From Oscillospiraceae bacterium (GTDB taxonomy: Bacteria > Bacillota > Clostridia > Oscillospirales > CAG-272), in contig SVSV01000001.1 in NCBI GenBank assembly GCA_015064125.1, positions 3,357-67,356 of the forward strand: DNA of 64,000 nt, in the 5' to 3' direction. The notes beneath the pieces are model-generated. The model made no database searches and was not told the DNA's origin. It worked only from the letters and a program-made list of their open reading frames with translations. Shown here piece by piece: positions 47,108-56,161 of this stretch (the first letter of the stretch is position 1; each line of letters opens with the position of its first letter). A program made the translations under genes and the position numbers.

Positions 47108-48490
47108 TTATGCCCTTGATCTTTTTACCGAAAGCTGATCTATCACACGCTGCAGCTGCGCCACTGTGCGGTACAGGCAACAGCAAAGAATAATGGAAGC
47201 CAGACCGTCCACGACCCAGCTGATGATCTGCCCCACGAAAACGCCCTCAAGCTGCCACTGAGGAACAAACAGCATCGTGGCGATATACCGCACGGTACTA
47301 CCAAGGATCGTGACCGACAAAACAGCGCGCATACGGGCAAGGCTACGCATATAGGCATGAAGAACGTGCCCCACCATTTGTATGTAAATAAAGGGGAGAT
47401 AATGGGTGGCATAACGAACGGCATACTGATACGCCTCGCCGACATACCCATCAGGGAAAAACAGTGATACCACCTCGCCTGAGAAAATGGCGATCAGCAA
47501 AACGGGCAGCACGAGCAGGACGGCATTCAATACGTAGCAGCAAGGAATACCGCGGCGTATCTTGTGAGGATCTCCCCGTCCTGCGCACTGTCCGATATAG
47601 CAGCCAAAGCCCGAGGTGATGGCAGACAAGCCCATCCAGGAAAAGCTGTATAGACGGTTGGTAACGTTATAGCCCGTCGTGGCAGCCGCACCAAGGGCAT
47701 TGATCGCGGGCGCGATCAAAAAGTTGACCCCGTGAAACGCCATCATCTGAAGAGCGGCCGGCACCGTATAGCGCCAGGAGCGCGCCAGGCAACGAAGATC
47801 AGGACGGTAAGAGATCGGCTCGCTTGGCATTTCCTGAAAGGCGCGATATACCATCCATATATAAATTACGCTTGCCACCGCCGCTGACACCAACGTAGAA
47901 ATGGCCAATCCTGCCACACCCATATCGAATACCAGCACCATCAAAAGATTACCGACGACGTTCAAGATCATCGATAAAAAGGAAACGTAAAGCGAAAACG
48001 AGGTCACACCAAGGGCATGCAGGGCGTTGATCAGTATACCGTTCAGATACAACACAACGTATCCCGCCGTGTAGATCACAAAATACCGCTCAGCTTCCTC
48101 GTATATCACGGCATCCACCTGCAAATATGTCATAATGGGGTGACGCATTGCAATAGAAAAAGCACTGATGAGTATGGCAAAAATCACAATAGCCCCCGAG
48201 GTACCGATCACGTCACGCTTGACCTCAGCATATTGCCCCTTGCCAAAAAGGTGGGATATATAGACACCAAAGCCCGATGCAAATCCCGTGTTCAGCATAC
48301 TGAAAAGCATTTCAAACGAGCCCGTGGCACTGATCGCCCCCAGTGCATATTCACTGATAAACTTTCCTGCGATCATCCCATCAACCGTGCTGTACGCTTG
48401 GGAAAGCAAGGAAGAGAGCATCAACGGAACGGCATATATCAACAGATTTATATATATGTTACCCTGCGTGATATTTTTTGTGGCCTTCAT
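47108..48490 (-). CDS. MATE-family efflux transporter
   Basis: 460 aa, ~12 TM, with the typical MATE N-terminus (ITQGNIYINLLIYAVPLMLSSLLSQAYSTVDGMIAGKF). Confidence 0.85.
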   Translation of the reverse strand: MKATKNITQGNIYINLLIYAVPLMLSSLLSQAYSTVDGMIAGKFISEYALGAISATGSFEMLFSMLNTGFASGFGVYISHLFGKGQYAEVKRDVIGTSGAIVIFAILISAFSIAMRHPIMTYLQVDAVIYEEAERYFVIYTAGYVVLYLNGILINALHALGVTSFSLYVSFLSMILNVVGNLLMVLVFDMGVAGLAISTLVSAAVASVIYIWMVYRAFQEMPSEPISYRPDLRCLARSWRYTVPAALQMMAFHGVNFLIAPAINALGAAATTGYNVTNRLYSFSWMGLSAITSGFGCYIGQCAGRGDPHKIRRGIPCCYVLNAVLLVLPVLLIAIFSGEVVSLFFPDGYVGEAYQYAVRYATHYLPFIYIQMVGHVLHAYMRSLARMRAVLSVTILGSTVRYIATMLFVPQWQLEGVFVGQIISWVVDGLASIILCCCLYRTVAQLQRVIDQLSVKRSRA

Positions 48491-48504
48491 TTTTCATCAT
48501 CTCC

Positions 48505-48562
48505 TTGACGACGGCGCGGTAACTTGCTATAATTAGTATAGCGCTTTCTCAAACCATGTCAA
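48505..48562. promoter_or_regulatory. back-to-back overlapping divergent promoters (deoR-type gene on plus, MATE gene on minus)
   Basis: Plus strand: TTGACG (48505-48510), 17 nt, TGcTATAAT (-10 at 48528-48533). Minus strand: TTGACA (48562-48557), 16 nt, TATACT (48540-48535). Confidence 0.6.
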
Positions 48563-48618
48563 TTACGTTTAAAAAAATGATAAATTCTCAAAGTTTCTCA
48601 AATTAAGGGGCGGTTGTT

Positions 48619-49389
48619 ATGTCACAAAAATTACGTCACGAGCAGATCCTGCACATTCTGGAAACGCGCGGCTTTGTTACCGTGCGCTATCTCACGGAAA
48701 AGCTGCAATATAGCACCGCCACCGTAAACCGCGACCTCAACACCCTGCAAAATGCAGGCCTGGTCAAACGCAGCTACGGTGGCGTGGAGGCTGCAAAGCG
48801 CAGCCACCTTCCTGCGTTTTTGCAACGGCAATTTTATATGAAAAAGGAAAAACGCTGCATCGCAGAAGCGGCCGCCGCCTTGGTCAAGGAGGGCGAGACC
48901 GTCTTTTTAAGCAGCGGCACGACAGTACAGCATATGGCGCCGTTTCTTTTACAAAAAAAGCCGTCGCGCATCATCACCAACAATATGCATCTCGCTATTG
49001 ACCTCGCTGACGCCGCCTTTGAGGTGATCTGCCTTGGCGGCCGCATCACGGAAAAGCCCTACGTGCTAGGGGGTGATATCACCATAGAGCAGGCACTGCA
49101 CTATCAACCCGATAAAATGTTTTTCTCCACCGCGGCCGTCACCAATGACGGTCTTGTCGGCGGTCAAAACGTATTGCTTCGCATCATGATGAAGGTCAGC
49201 GCCGAGGTCTGGCTGCTGACTGACCGCACCAAACGGTGTGATCGCACGGAAAACGTTTTATTTGATTTCTCGTCACTCACGGGCGTTATTTCGGATTATC
49301 CCTTCTCTGATGAGCTGAAGGCACGCTATGAGAGCGTGCGCTTCCTTGAGCTTGACCCTACCACACAAGCGTCCCCCAAAAAGCAATAA
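48619..49389 (+). CDS. DeoR/GlpR-family transcriptional regulator
   Basis: N-terminal wHTH RHEQILHILETRGFVTVRYLTEKLQYSTATVNRDL, with a C-terminal DeoR sugar-phosphate sensor domain. Confidence 0.85.
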   Translation: MSQKLRHEQILHILETRGFVTVRYLTEKLQYSTATVNRDLNTLQNAGLVKRSYGGVEAAKRSHLPAFLQRQFYMKKEKRCIAEAAAALVKEGETVFLSSGTTVQHMAPFLLQKKPSRIITNNMHLAIDLADAAFEVICLGGRITEKPYVLGGDITIEQALHYQPDKMFFSTAAVTNDGLVGGQNVLLRIMMKVSAEVWLLTDRTKRCDRTENVLFDFSSLTGVISDYPFSDELKARYESVRFLELDPTTQASPKKQ

Positions 49390-49393
49390 AAGC

Positions 49394-49431
49394 AAAGCTC
49401 CCCGTTGCCGATGGCAACGGGGAGCTTTCTC
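49394..49431. terminator. bidirectional terminator between the DeoR gene and rny
   Basis: AAAGCTCCCCGTTGCC-gat-GGCAACGGGGAGCTTT. Confidence 0.85.
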
Positions 49432-49510
49432 ATGTATTTACAGCGTATAACGCAGATCTGCACGAAAACTCTATAAATGTATATGAGAACTCTTGCGAGA
49501 TTTTCACCGC

Positions 49511-51052
49511 TTATTTTGCGTAATCCACGGCGCGGCTCTCGCGGATCAGATTGACCTTGATCTGGCCGGGATACTTGACCTCGTCCTGAATCTTTTTGGC
49601 CATTTCGCGTGCAATGAACTTCATACCCTCGTCGGTCACGTCCTCGGGCTTCACCATCACGCGCAGCTCGCGGCCCGCCTGAATGGCAAAGGCCTTTTCC
49701 ACGCCCTCAAAGCCCTTGGCGATCTCCTCAAGCTTTTCAAGACGCTTAATGTAGTTTTCAAGGTCCTCGCGACGGGCACCGGGGCGCGATGCGGAAATGG
49801 CATCGGCAGCCTGCACGAGAATGGCGATCACAGTCTGGGGTTCGACGTCGTTGTGATGCGCCTCGATCGCATGAATGACCTCACGGCTTTCCTTATACTT
49901 ACGTGCAACGTTTACACCAAGCTCGATGTGCGTGCCCTCCACGTCATGGGGGAAGGCCTTGCCGATATCATGCAAAAGGCCCGCGCGCTTTGCGGCGGCG
50001 GCATCAACACCAAGCTCCTCAGCCATAATGCCTGCAAGGAACGCCACCTCGATCGAATGCTTTAATACGTTTTGTCCATAGCTGGTACGGTAACGCAGAC
50101 GCCCGAGGAGTCTGACGAGCTCGGGATGCAGGTTGGGGATACCCACCTCGTACGTAGCACGCTCGCCTGCCTGCTTCACAACGGCATCGACCTCACGGCG
50201 GCATTTTTCCACCATTTCCTCAATGCGTGCAGGGTGAATACGGCCGTCAGCGATCAGCTTTTCAAGCGTCAGCCTTGCCACCTCGCGGCGCACAGGGTCA
50301 AAGCCCGAAAGGGTAATGGCCTCAGGGGTGTCGTCAATGATCAGCTCAACACCCGTCAGGGTCTCAAGCTTTTGAATGTTGCGGCCCTCACGGCCAATAA
50401 TGCGACCCTTCATCTCGTCGCTGGGGATCTGCACCACGGAGATCGTGGCCTCTGCCACGTGGTCGGTGGCACAGCGCTGAATAGCAAGGGAAAGAATGTT
50501 GCGCGCCTTGGTTTCAGCCTCGTCCTTAAACTGGGCGTCAAGCTCGTCAAGGCGTTGGGCAAGCTCGTGCTTGGCCTCGCCCTCCACACGCTCGATCAGC
50601 TCCTCCTTTGCCTCCTCGGCAGTAAGGCCTGCAAGGGCTTCCAGCACACGCTTGTGCTCAGCAAGGGTGGCCTCGATCTCGGCACGCACCTCGTCGTTTT
50701 CCTGCAGCTTCTGGTCAAGACGCTCGTTTTTGCGCTCCAGTGCCTCAGACTTCTGGTCAAGGTTTTCTTCCTTTTGCGTCAGTCTTCGTTCCATACGGGT
50801 GATCTCCGCACGGCGCTCCTTCATTTCCGCTTCACTTTCGTTACGGCGTTGCAAAATTTCTTCTTTGGCTTCGAGCAGCTTTTCTTTTTTCATACGCTCT
50901 GCTTGCTGCTGGCAATCGGTCAAAATGCGCTTTGCCTCAGCTTCAGCAGAACCGATCTTCTTCTCAGCGATCATACGGCGCAGCAAAAATCCCACGCCAA
51001 AGCCCACTGCAAGGGCCGCTGCTATCAAAGCGATAACAAGTCCTGGTTGCAT
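49511..51052 (-). CDS. rny: ribonuclease Y
   Basis: N-terminal TM helix, a long coiled-coil, KH ([11 protein letters not shown]), and an HD domain (LLHDIGK, IEAHH). Confidence 0.95.
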   Translation of the reverse strand: MQPGLVIALIAAALAVGFGVGFLLRRMIAEKKIGSAEAEAKRILTDCQQQAERMKKEKLLEAKEEILQRRNESEAEMKERRAEITRMERRLTQKEENLDQKSEALERKNERLDQKLQENDEVRAEIEATLAEHKRVLEALAGLTAEEAKEELIERVEGEAKHELAQRLDELDAQFKDEAETKARNILSLAIQRCATDHVAEATISVVQIPSDEMKGRIIGREGRNIQKLETLTGVELIIDDTPEAITLSGFDPVRREVARLTLEKLIADGRIHPARIEEMVEKCRREVDAVVKQAGERATYEVGIPNLHPELVRLLGRLRYRTSYGQNVLKHSIEVAFLAGIMAEELGVDAAAAKRAGLLHDIGKAFPHDVEGTHIELGVNVARKYKESREVIHAIEAHHNDVEPQTVIAILVQAADAISASRPGARREDLENYIKRLEKLEEIAKGFEGVEKAFAIQAGRELRVMVKPEDVTDEGMKFIAREMAKKIQDEVKYPGQIKVNLIRESRAVDYAK

Positions 51053-51128
51053 CGATAAACTACCTCCTTTTCGATATTTTTACTTTATATACAGCAGTAA
51101 ATTGCTACCCCATTGTATATACTATTTA

Positions 51129-51157
51129 ATTATACACTTATATTTTGTAAAAGTCAA
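51129..51157 (-). promoter_or_regulatory. promoter of rny
   Basis: On the minus strand: TTGACT (51157-51152), 17 nt, TATAAT (51134-51129). Confidence 0.7.
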
Positions 51158-51202
51158 GAAGAAGAACGGGATTTTATTTTCTATTTTTGTGAAAAACAGC
51201 GA

Positions 51203-51231
51203 TTGACAAGCGTAGCACTATCCGATATAAT
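51203..51231 (+). promoter_or_regulatory. consensus promoter of the HPr-like gene
   Basis: TTGACA (51203-51208), 17 nt, TATAAT (51226-51231). Confidence 0.8.
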
Positions 51232-51282
51232 GAAGATGTGATCGGGCGACGGTGCCCGAAATAAATCTAAGGAGTGTTCGCC

Positions 51283-51513
51283 ATGACCAGCACCAAAATT
51301 CGCCTTTCTACCATTGCCGACGTACGTGATTTTGTCAATATCGTTGCAAAAAGCGATATCGACATTGACCTGCAATCGGGCAGATACGTCGTTGACGGCA
51401 AATCGATTATGGGCATTTTCAGCCTTGACCTGCTTTCCCCCATCACCCTCACCGCACATTCCGACGACACCGACGAGCTGTTTGCTGAGCTCGACCGTTT
51501 CATTATCAAATAA
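51283..51513 (+). CDS. HPr-family protein lacking the His15 phosphorylation site (Crh-like)
   Basis: ATG 51283 with AAGGAG 8 nt upstream. DGKSIMGIFSL keeps the Ser46 region of HPr. The His15 region (GLHARPA) is replaced by STIADVRDF. Confidence 0.7.
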   Translation: MTSTKIRLSTIADVRDFVNIVAKSDIDIDLQSGRYVVDGKSIMGIFSLDLLSPITLTAHSDDTDELFAELDRFIIK

Positions 51514-51515
51514 CC

Positions 51516-51557
51516 GCAAAAGCAGGGAGCCGAGGTGCCTCGGCTCCCTGCTTTTGC
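51516..51557 (+). terminator. strong terminator after the HPr-like gene
   Basis: A 20-bp perfect stem, GCAAAAGCAGGGAGCCGAGG-tg-CCTCGGCTCCCTGCTTTTGC. Confidence 0.85.
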
Positions 51558-51727
51558 ATAACAATGGCTTTGTCAGGATCATCTTGATCATGTTGCAAAT
51601 CGTAGTTAACAGGTCAAAATAGATATTATACTATCAAGGGATCCAAGGCATGCCGTAAGGAGAGGATCATTATAAAATGAAAACCTGCTCAAGTGGTATA
51701 ACAATATGATAAAGGATCGGTAAAAGC

Positions 51728-52939
51728 ATGACGTTTAGAACAGTTGAAGAATTGATGAAGGCCGTCGGATGTGCGGCATATCCCGCCCGTTGGGGTGAAA
51801 TTTTTGATACCGTTATGGCGGATTTTGACAAAAACGGCTGTTACATGACAGAACCCGCCTATTACGATATGCTAAACAAAAAATACGGCGTACTGAATAA
51901 GCACCTTGATCTGTTCAAGGAGGCCGCTGTGGCGGTTGGCAGGCGTGAGCCGCTGGCACGTCTGCTGGCACTACTGGTAGCAGCCCTCAAGGACAGAGCT
52001 CACGTGGATGCCGACCTGAAGGAATTCAAGCAACCGCTCTCCCCCACGGGCACGCACGATCTCGCCATTGATATGCTGACGGGGCTTGCTTTATTTGCCA
52101 TGGTCCCCTACACGGCCGAAAAGATCGCGCCGCGTCATCTGCCCCGTGAGATCTCCGATTATATCCTGCAAAACTGCGAAATGTGCGTTAATTACTACAA
52201 GGCGCGCTATGGGGTACCCGGCTGTAATCTCATTACCTGGTATCAACTCGCCATTGAAGGACATTTATTCCGTATCGGACGTCTTGAAATTCAGATCTGC
52301 GATAAATTTTGTGGCGGCTCGGTCTACGAAAACGCCAAGGGCGAGCGCGTGACGCTCTGCCACGATGTGCTGCTGCACCGTGACGGCTTTCCGCTTGGCT
52401 CCCACGGCTACGAGGACGGGGAAGGCAGCTTTACCGCCACCCTCACCGAAACCGACGAGGCCTTTGTGGGCTATCCGTATTTGCCAAGCGGGCACGTAAG
52501 CACTACCACAACGGCCCTTCAAAAATCCGAATGGAGGCAGATCCTCACAAACGGTGATCCCGTCATTTCTCTGCACATTCCCCCCGGCGGTGGACTTACC
52601 CCTGCGGTGGTAGATGAAGCGCTGGCAAAGACCAAGGAGATCATGGCGGCCTACTTCCAGGATATCCCTTACAAGGCCTTTTGTTGCAGCAGCTGGCTGC
52701 TTGACCCCCAGTTAGTGGAGCTGGTCGGCGCCGACTCCAACATCACAGCGTTTTGCCGCCGCTTTACGCCCATGGCGCAAAAGAGCCAAGGCAATGCCGT
52801 GATGAATTTTATCTTTTTCGACCCCGACCGCCGCATTCCCCTTGACGAGCTGCCCGAGGACACACGCTTGCATCGAGCATTAAAGCAGCATTATCTGAAC
52901 GGCAAGGCCATTTATGAATTTTACGGTTATTTCTTCTGA
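51728..52939 (+). CDS. hypothetical protein, probably the two-domain acyltransferase-like family (NAT_N / GNAT-like C-terminal), assigned from memory
   Basis: 403 aa. RIGRLEIQ, VISLHIPPGGGLTP and FCCSSWLLDPQL...SNITAF resemble that family. The function is unverified. Confidence 0.5.
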   Translation: MTFRTVEELMKAVGCAAYPARWGEIFDTVMADFDKNGCYMTEPAYYDMLNKKYGVLNKHLDLFKEAAVAVGRREPLARLLALLVAALKDRAHVDADLKEFKQPLSPTGTHDLAIDMLTGLALFAMVPYTAEKIAPRHLPREISDYILQNCEMCVNYYKARYGVPGCNLITWYQLAIEGHLFRIGRLEIQICDKFCGGSVYENAKGERVTLCHDVLLHRDGFPLGSHGYEDGEGSFTATLTETDEAFVGYPYLPSGHVSTTTTALQKSEWRQILTNGDPVISLHIPPGGGLTPAVVDEALAKTKEIMAAYFQDIPYKAFCCSSWLLDPQLVELVGADSNITAFCRRFTPMAQKSQGNAVMNFIFFDPDRRIPLDELPEDTRLHRALKQHYLNGKAIYEFYGYFF

Positions 52940-52940
52940 A

Positions 52941-52988
52941 AAAAACACCCCGTGTCGCCAAAAATGGCACACGGGGTGTGATTTTATA
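52941..52988. terminator. bidirectional terminator between convergent genes
   Basis: CACCCCGTGT...ACACGGGGTG with an inner GCCA-aaaa-TGGC sub-stem, flanked by AAAAA and a TGATTTTA tail. Confidence 0.75.
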
Positions 52989-54123
52989 CAGGCAATGCCT
53001 CTTCACTGTCAGCAGCTGCCTCATCGGGCTCCTGCGGCTCCTTCAGATGCGATAGATCCATCTTGGGCTTGCGTGATAAGCGCACCTCACTGGTTTCCAG
53101 TGTATCGAAAAGCACCTTAATGGGGTGGATCTCGATCTCCTTTCCTTCAGCGATCATAGCCTCGGCCATAGCGAGTCGCTGGTCGCCCTCCTCGCCGCAA
53201 TCATAGGTAAAGAGAATATCGGCTGCGCGGGTAGAAAGCGTATAGCGCCCACCCTCGTTCACGATCATCTGCACCAGATACAGCATCTCGTTAAAGTGAT
53301 GGCGCTGATACCCAAGGCTGACCGTCACGGTATGGCCCGTCAACAGCGGCGGCTTGCGCGTCTTTTTTGGCTTGACGGTTTCAAGATATTTCACGAATAG
53401 CGCGGCATTCTCAGACCCCGCCTCCATCATATTGGCAGTGTCGGGCTCCGTAGCCTTCTTCTCCTCGCCCTTGCCCTTTTTGCTGCGGCGGCGCTTTTTC
53501 TTGGGTGCCTCCCCCTCAGGCTTCTTCCAGCCGTATTCCATCGTAAAGCCCTCGGTATATCCACCGCAATCGGGATACATTTCAAGCAGCTCGGGAAGAT
53601 TCTTACCGTGATAAGCGGCGATCGCCTTCAGGATCAGCATCGTGTTATAGGCGTCCTCGTCACTGCGGTGCAGATTTTCGGGCTCGATGCCACACCAAGA
53701 AAGCAGACTGTCCTCAAGGTTTTTCGCGGTATTGTTTTCGGGCTGACGGGCATAGATCTGCTGCACGTCAAAAAAGCGATAGGTGAAGGGCGTGAGGCCG
53801 TAGCGCTTGCAGTCGTCCTGCAAGAAGTGCACGTCATTGGTAACAGCATAGCCGATCACGATCGTATCCTTGTCCTCAAACATTTCACGAAAGCGCTCGT
53901 AAAAATCGGGGAAAGGCGGCTGCTGCGCAAAGATCTCACGCGGATAGGCCATCATTTTTTTCGCCACGTACCAATCAAAGCGGTCGCGCGGATTGATAAG
54001 CACGTCCTCTTTGTCATGTAAAACGTTAAAATTTTCATCGGTGATACAATAACCAAGACTGAAAATTTTTGCACAGTTGTTATAGCAATTGGCACACTCA
54101 ATATCAAAAAATAAGTATTTCAT
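52984..54123 (-). CDS. DEDDh 3'-5' exonuclease with basic linker and BRCT-like C-terminal domain
   Basis: Exo motifs FFDIECAN, GYAVTNDVHFL and HRSDEDAYNT. A Lys/Arg-rich linker (KKKRRRSKKGKGEEKK) follows. The C-terminal LLTGHTVTVSLGY...NEGGRYTLSTRAADILF is BRCT-like by eye. Confidence 0.7.
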   Translation of the reverse strand: MKYLFFDIECANCYNNCAKIFSLGYCITDENFNVLHDKEDVLINPRDRFDWYVAKKMMAYPREIFAQQPPFPDFYERFREMFEDKDTIVIGYAVTNDVHFLQDDCKRYGLTPFTYRFFDVQQIYARQPENNTAKNLEDSLLSWCGIEPENLHRSDEDAYNTMLILKAIAAYHGKNLPELLEMYPDCGGYTEGFTMEYGWKKPEGEAPKKKRRRSKKGKGEEKKATEPDTANMMEAGSENAALFVKYLETVKPKKTRKPPLLTGHTVTVSLGYQRHHFNEMLYLVQMIVNEGGRYTLSTRAADILFTYDCGEEGDQRLAMAEAMIAEGKEIEIHPIKVLFDTLETSEVRLSRKPKMDLSHLKEPQEPDEAAADSEEALPV

Positions 54124-54136
54124 TAAAAGCTCACAT

Positions 54137-55420
54137 TCAATTTACAAAATCCATAATGTCAAGCTGCATCATCGGCAAGAGTCTTGTCAGCAGCACGCGA
54201 TAACGCATATAGGCATGATAACGCAGACCCTTTTCCAGCAGCGCCCCATCGACGTGTACGTCAGCAGGATCCGTAACGGCGCCTGCGGCACGCATCAAGC
54301 GCATCATCGTTTCATCGTCAGGCAGCATTTCCTTGATCATGGCGCGGATCTGCGGCCAGCATTCCTTCAAGCGTGCGGGCGAGACCTTGTCGGTAATGGT
54401 AGGAGAATTGACCTTTTTAAGGTCTGCATGCTGCGATTCATCAAAGGCGGCGCGCACCTCATCCCAATCCGTTGGGTCGGCAATGGGATCAATTTCTGCG
54501 ACACGGTCGGCAAGATTGTGGTAGACACGGTTGATCAGAACCGTAGCAACGCCCACCTTTTTGCCGTGAAACTCAGGCCAGATGCCGCGCGCCAGCTTAT
54601 AGCACTCCCAGTAATGCGAGACCACGTGCTCAGCACCCGATGCAGGACGCGACGAATTGGCCAGCTTCATAGCAACACCCGACAAAATAAGGCCCTCCAT
54701 CACGCTGGCAACAGCACCCTCGTCATCGGTTTGCAGGCGATCGGCCTCTGCCACGATCTTGGCAACACCCTGCATGGTGATCTCTGCGATCTTAGGACAA
54801 TAATACTCGCCCGTCAGCAGCTCGGAAATGCGCCAATCAAGGATGCCGATATATTTTGCCATCATGTCGCCAAAGCCTGCGGCCTTCAGCTCTGCGGGTG
54901 CCTTGGCAAGCACAGCCGTGTCCGCTAAGATCACGGAGGGCTGCTCAACGTACCAGGAATTTTTGAAGTTGTTTTCCACAATGGGAGCCGAGTCCGAGGC
55001 AAAGCCGTCCATAGAGGGCGCGGTGCCAAAAATACAGAACTGCTTGCCCTTGTTAAAGGACGCCACACGGCAAATATCATTGACAGACCCCGTACCGAGC
55101 GCCAATACGCCATCGACGTCATCAAGCAGCGCCTCTACCTCACGCACCTGCTCGATCTTCGCGTAGGTCATCGTATCATAAACAAGACGCTTTAACACAA
55201 AGCCGGCCTCCGCCAGACTCTTTACCACATCGGGGGCAGCCGAAAGCGCATGGCTATCCGTGACCACCAGCAGATTTTTGGGGAAATCGAGGCCCTTTAA
55301 GATGGTGCCGCAGCGCTTGGCCACACCGTGCCCGATCTCTACGTGGCGCAGTGCCACCTTATGCTCTCTGCCGCACGGGCAGTTTTCAAGAGAAGTGAGA
55401 AGATTTTTTAGATCCAGCAT
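54137..55420 (-). CDS. iron-containing alcohol dehydrogenase family protein, sn-glycerol-1-phosphate dehydrogenase-like (AraM/EgsA type)
   Basis: ATG 55420 with AAGGAG 8 nt upstream. Contains GTGSVNDICR, APSMDGFASDSAPI, GFGDMMAKY..DW and GAEHVVSHYWE. Confidence 0.7.
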   Translation of the reverse strand: MLDLKNLLTSLENCPCGREHKVALRHVEIGHGVAKRCGTILKGLDFPKNLLVVTDSHALSAAPDVVKSLAEAGFVLKRLVYDTMTYAKIEQVREVEALLDDVDGVLALGTGSVNDICRVASFNKGKQFCIFGTAPSMDGFASDSAPIVENNFKNSWYVEQPSVILADTAVLAKAPAELKAAGFGDMMAKYIGILDWRISELLTGEYYCPKIAEITMQGVAKIVAEADRLQTDDEGAVASVMEGLILSGVAMKLANSSRPASGAEHVVSHYWECYKLARGIWPEFHGKKVGVATVLINRVYHNLADRVAEIDPIADPTDWDEVRAAFDESQHADLKKVNSPTITDKVSPARLKECWPQIRAMIKEMLPDDETMMRLMRAAGAVTDPADVHVDGALLEKGLRYHAYMRYRVLLTRLLPMMQLDIMDFVN

Positions 55421-55460
55421 TCGCAAGACTCCTTTATCTTTATATTTTACACTGAATTCC

Positions 55461-55489
55461 ATTATATAATAGCAATCGCGGTTTGTCAA
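55461..55489 (-). promoter_or_regulatory. consensus promoter of the G1PDH-like gene
   Basis: On the minus strand: TTGACA (55489-55484), 17 nt, TATAAT (55466-55461). Confidence 0.8.
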
Positions 55490-55530
55490 GGTAAAAACAC
55501 AGCCGGATATCAAAAATTATACCGCGGCAC

Positions 55531-55558
55531 TTGCTTTTTCCAAAAAATTTGCTATAAT
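55531..55558 (+). promoter_or_regulatory. promoter of the DUF1934 gene
   Basis: TTGCTT (55531-55536), 16 nt, TGcTATAAT (-10 at 55553-55558). Confidence 0.6.
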
Positions 55559-55635
55559 AATATCGGCCGCTGACATAAAAGCAGCGCCAATCAAATCCGT
55601 TCATAGAGGACGCTGCAAGCGCAGGTGAATCACAT

Positions 55636-56124
55636 ATGCTGAAGAAAATAAGAATTGCCATTAAAACCACCCAACGGGAGCTCTCAACCTCCCTGTTTCA
55701 TCAAAAGCACACGGGGGAGGTATCAGGTGAGCCCGAAACCATTGAGCTGATGATGGAGGGGCGCTATCACGATGACGGCACGCGTGTCACCATATCCTAC
55801 AAAGAGGGGGAGCTGACGGGCATGAAGGATGCACGCACCTCCATTTCATTTCAGAAAAACGAGCCGTGCCTGATCACCATGACACGCGACGGCGCCGTGC
55901 GCACCGCCATGATCTTTGAGCCGGGGCAACGCCATCTTTGTATGTATCAGACACCCTATATGCCCTTTGAGCTGGCCGTCGCCACCAAAAAGGTGGAAAA
56001 TCACATTGAGGAAAGCGGCACACTGCACCTGATCTACACCGCAGAGATCAAGGGCGCCAACGGCCAGTATACCGACTTTACCATGACGCTATTGCCCGAT
56101 ATCAGTAAGCCGCTCGGCACTTAA
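55636..56124 (+). CDS. DUF1934 (YwiB-like beta-barrel) protein
   Basis: 162 aa. The repetitive beta-strand pattern with ..ISYKE...T.I......L...R.G.....M.F..G... resembles DUF1934. Confidence 0.65.
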   Translation: MLKKIRIAIKTTQRELSTSLFHQKHTGEVSGEPETIELMMEGRYHDDGTRVTISYKEGELTGMKDARTSISFQKNEPCLITMTRDGAVRTAMIFEPGQRHLCMYQTPYMPFELAVATKKVENHIEESGTLHLIYTAEIKGANGQYTDFTMTLLPDISKPLGT

Positions 56125-56130
56125 ATAGCA

Positions 56131-56161
56131 AAAAAGAGCAGACACGTGTCTGCTCTTTTTT
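56131..56161. terminator. bidirectional terminator
   Basis: AAAAAGAGCAGACAC/GTGTCTGCTCTTTTT perfect palindrome. Confidence 0.85.
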
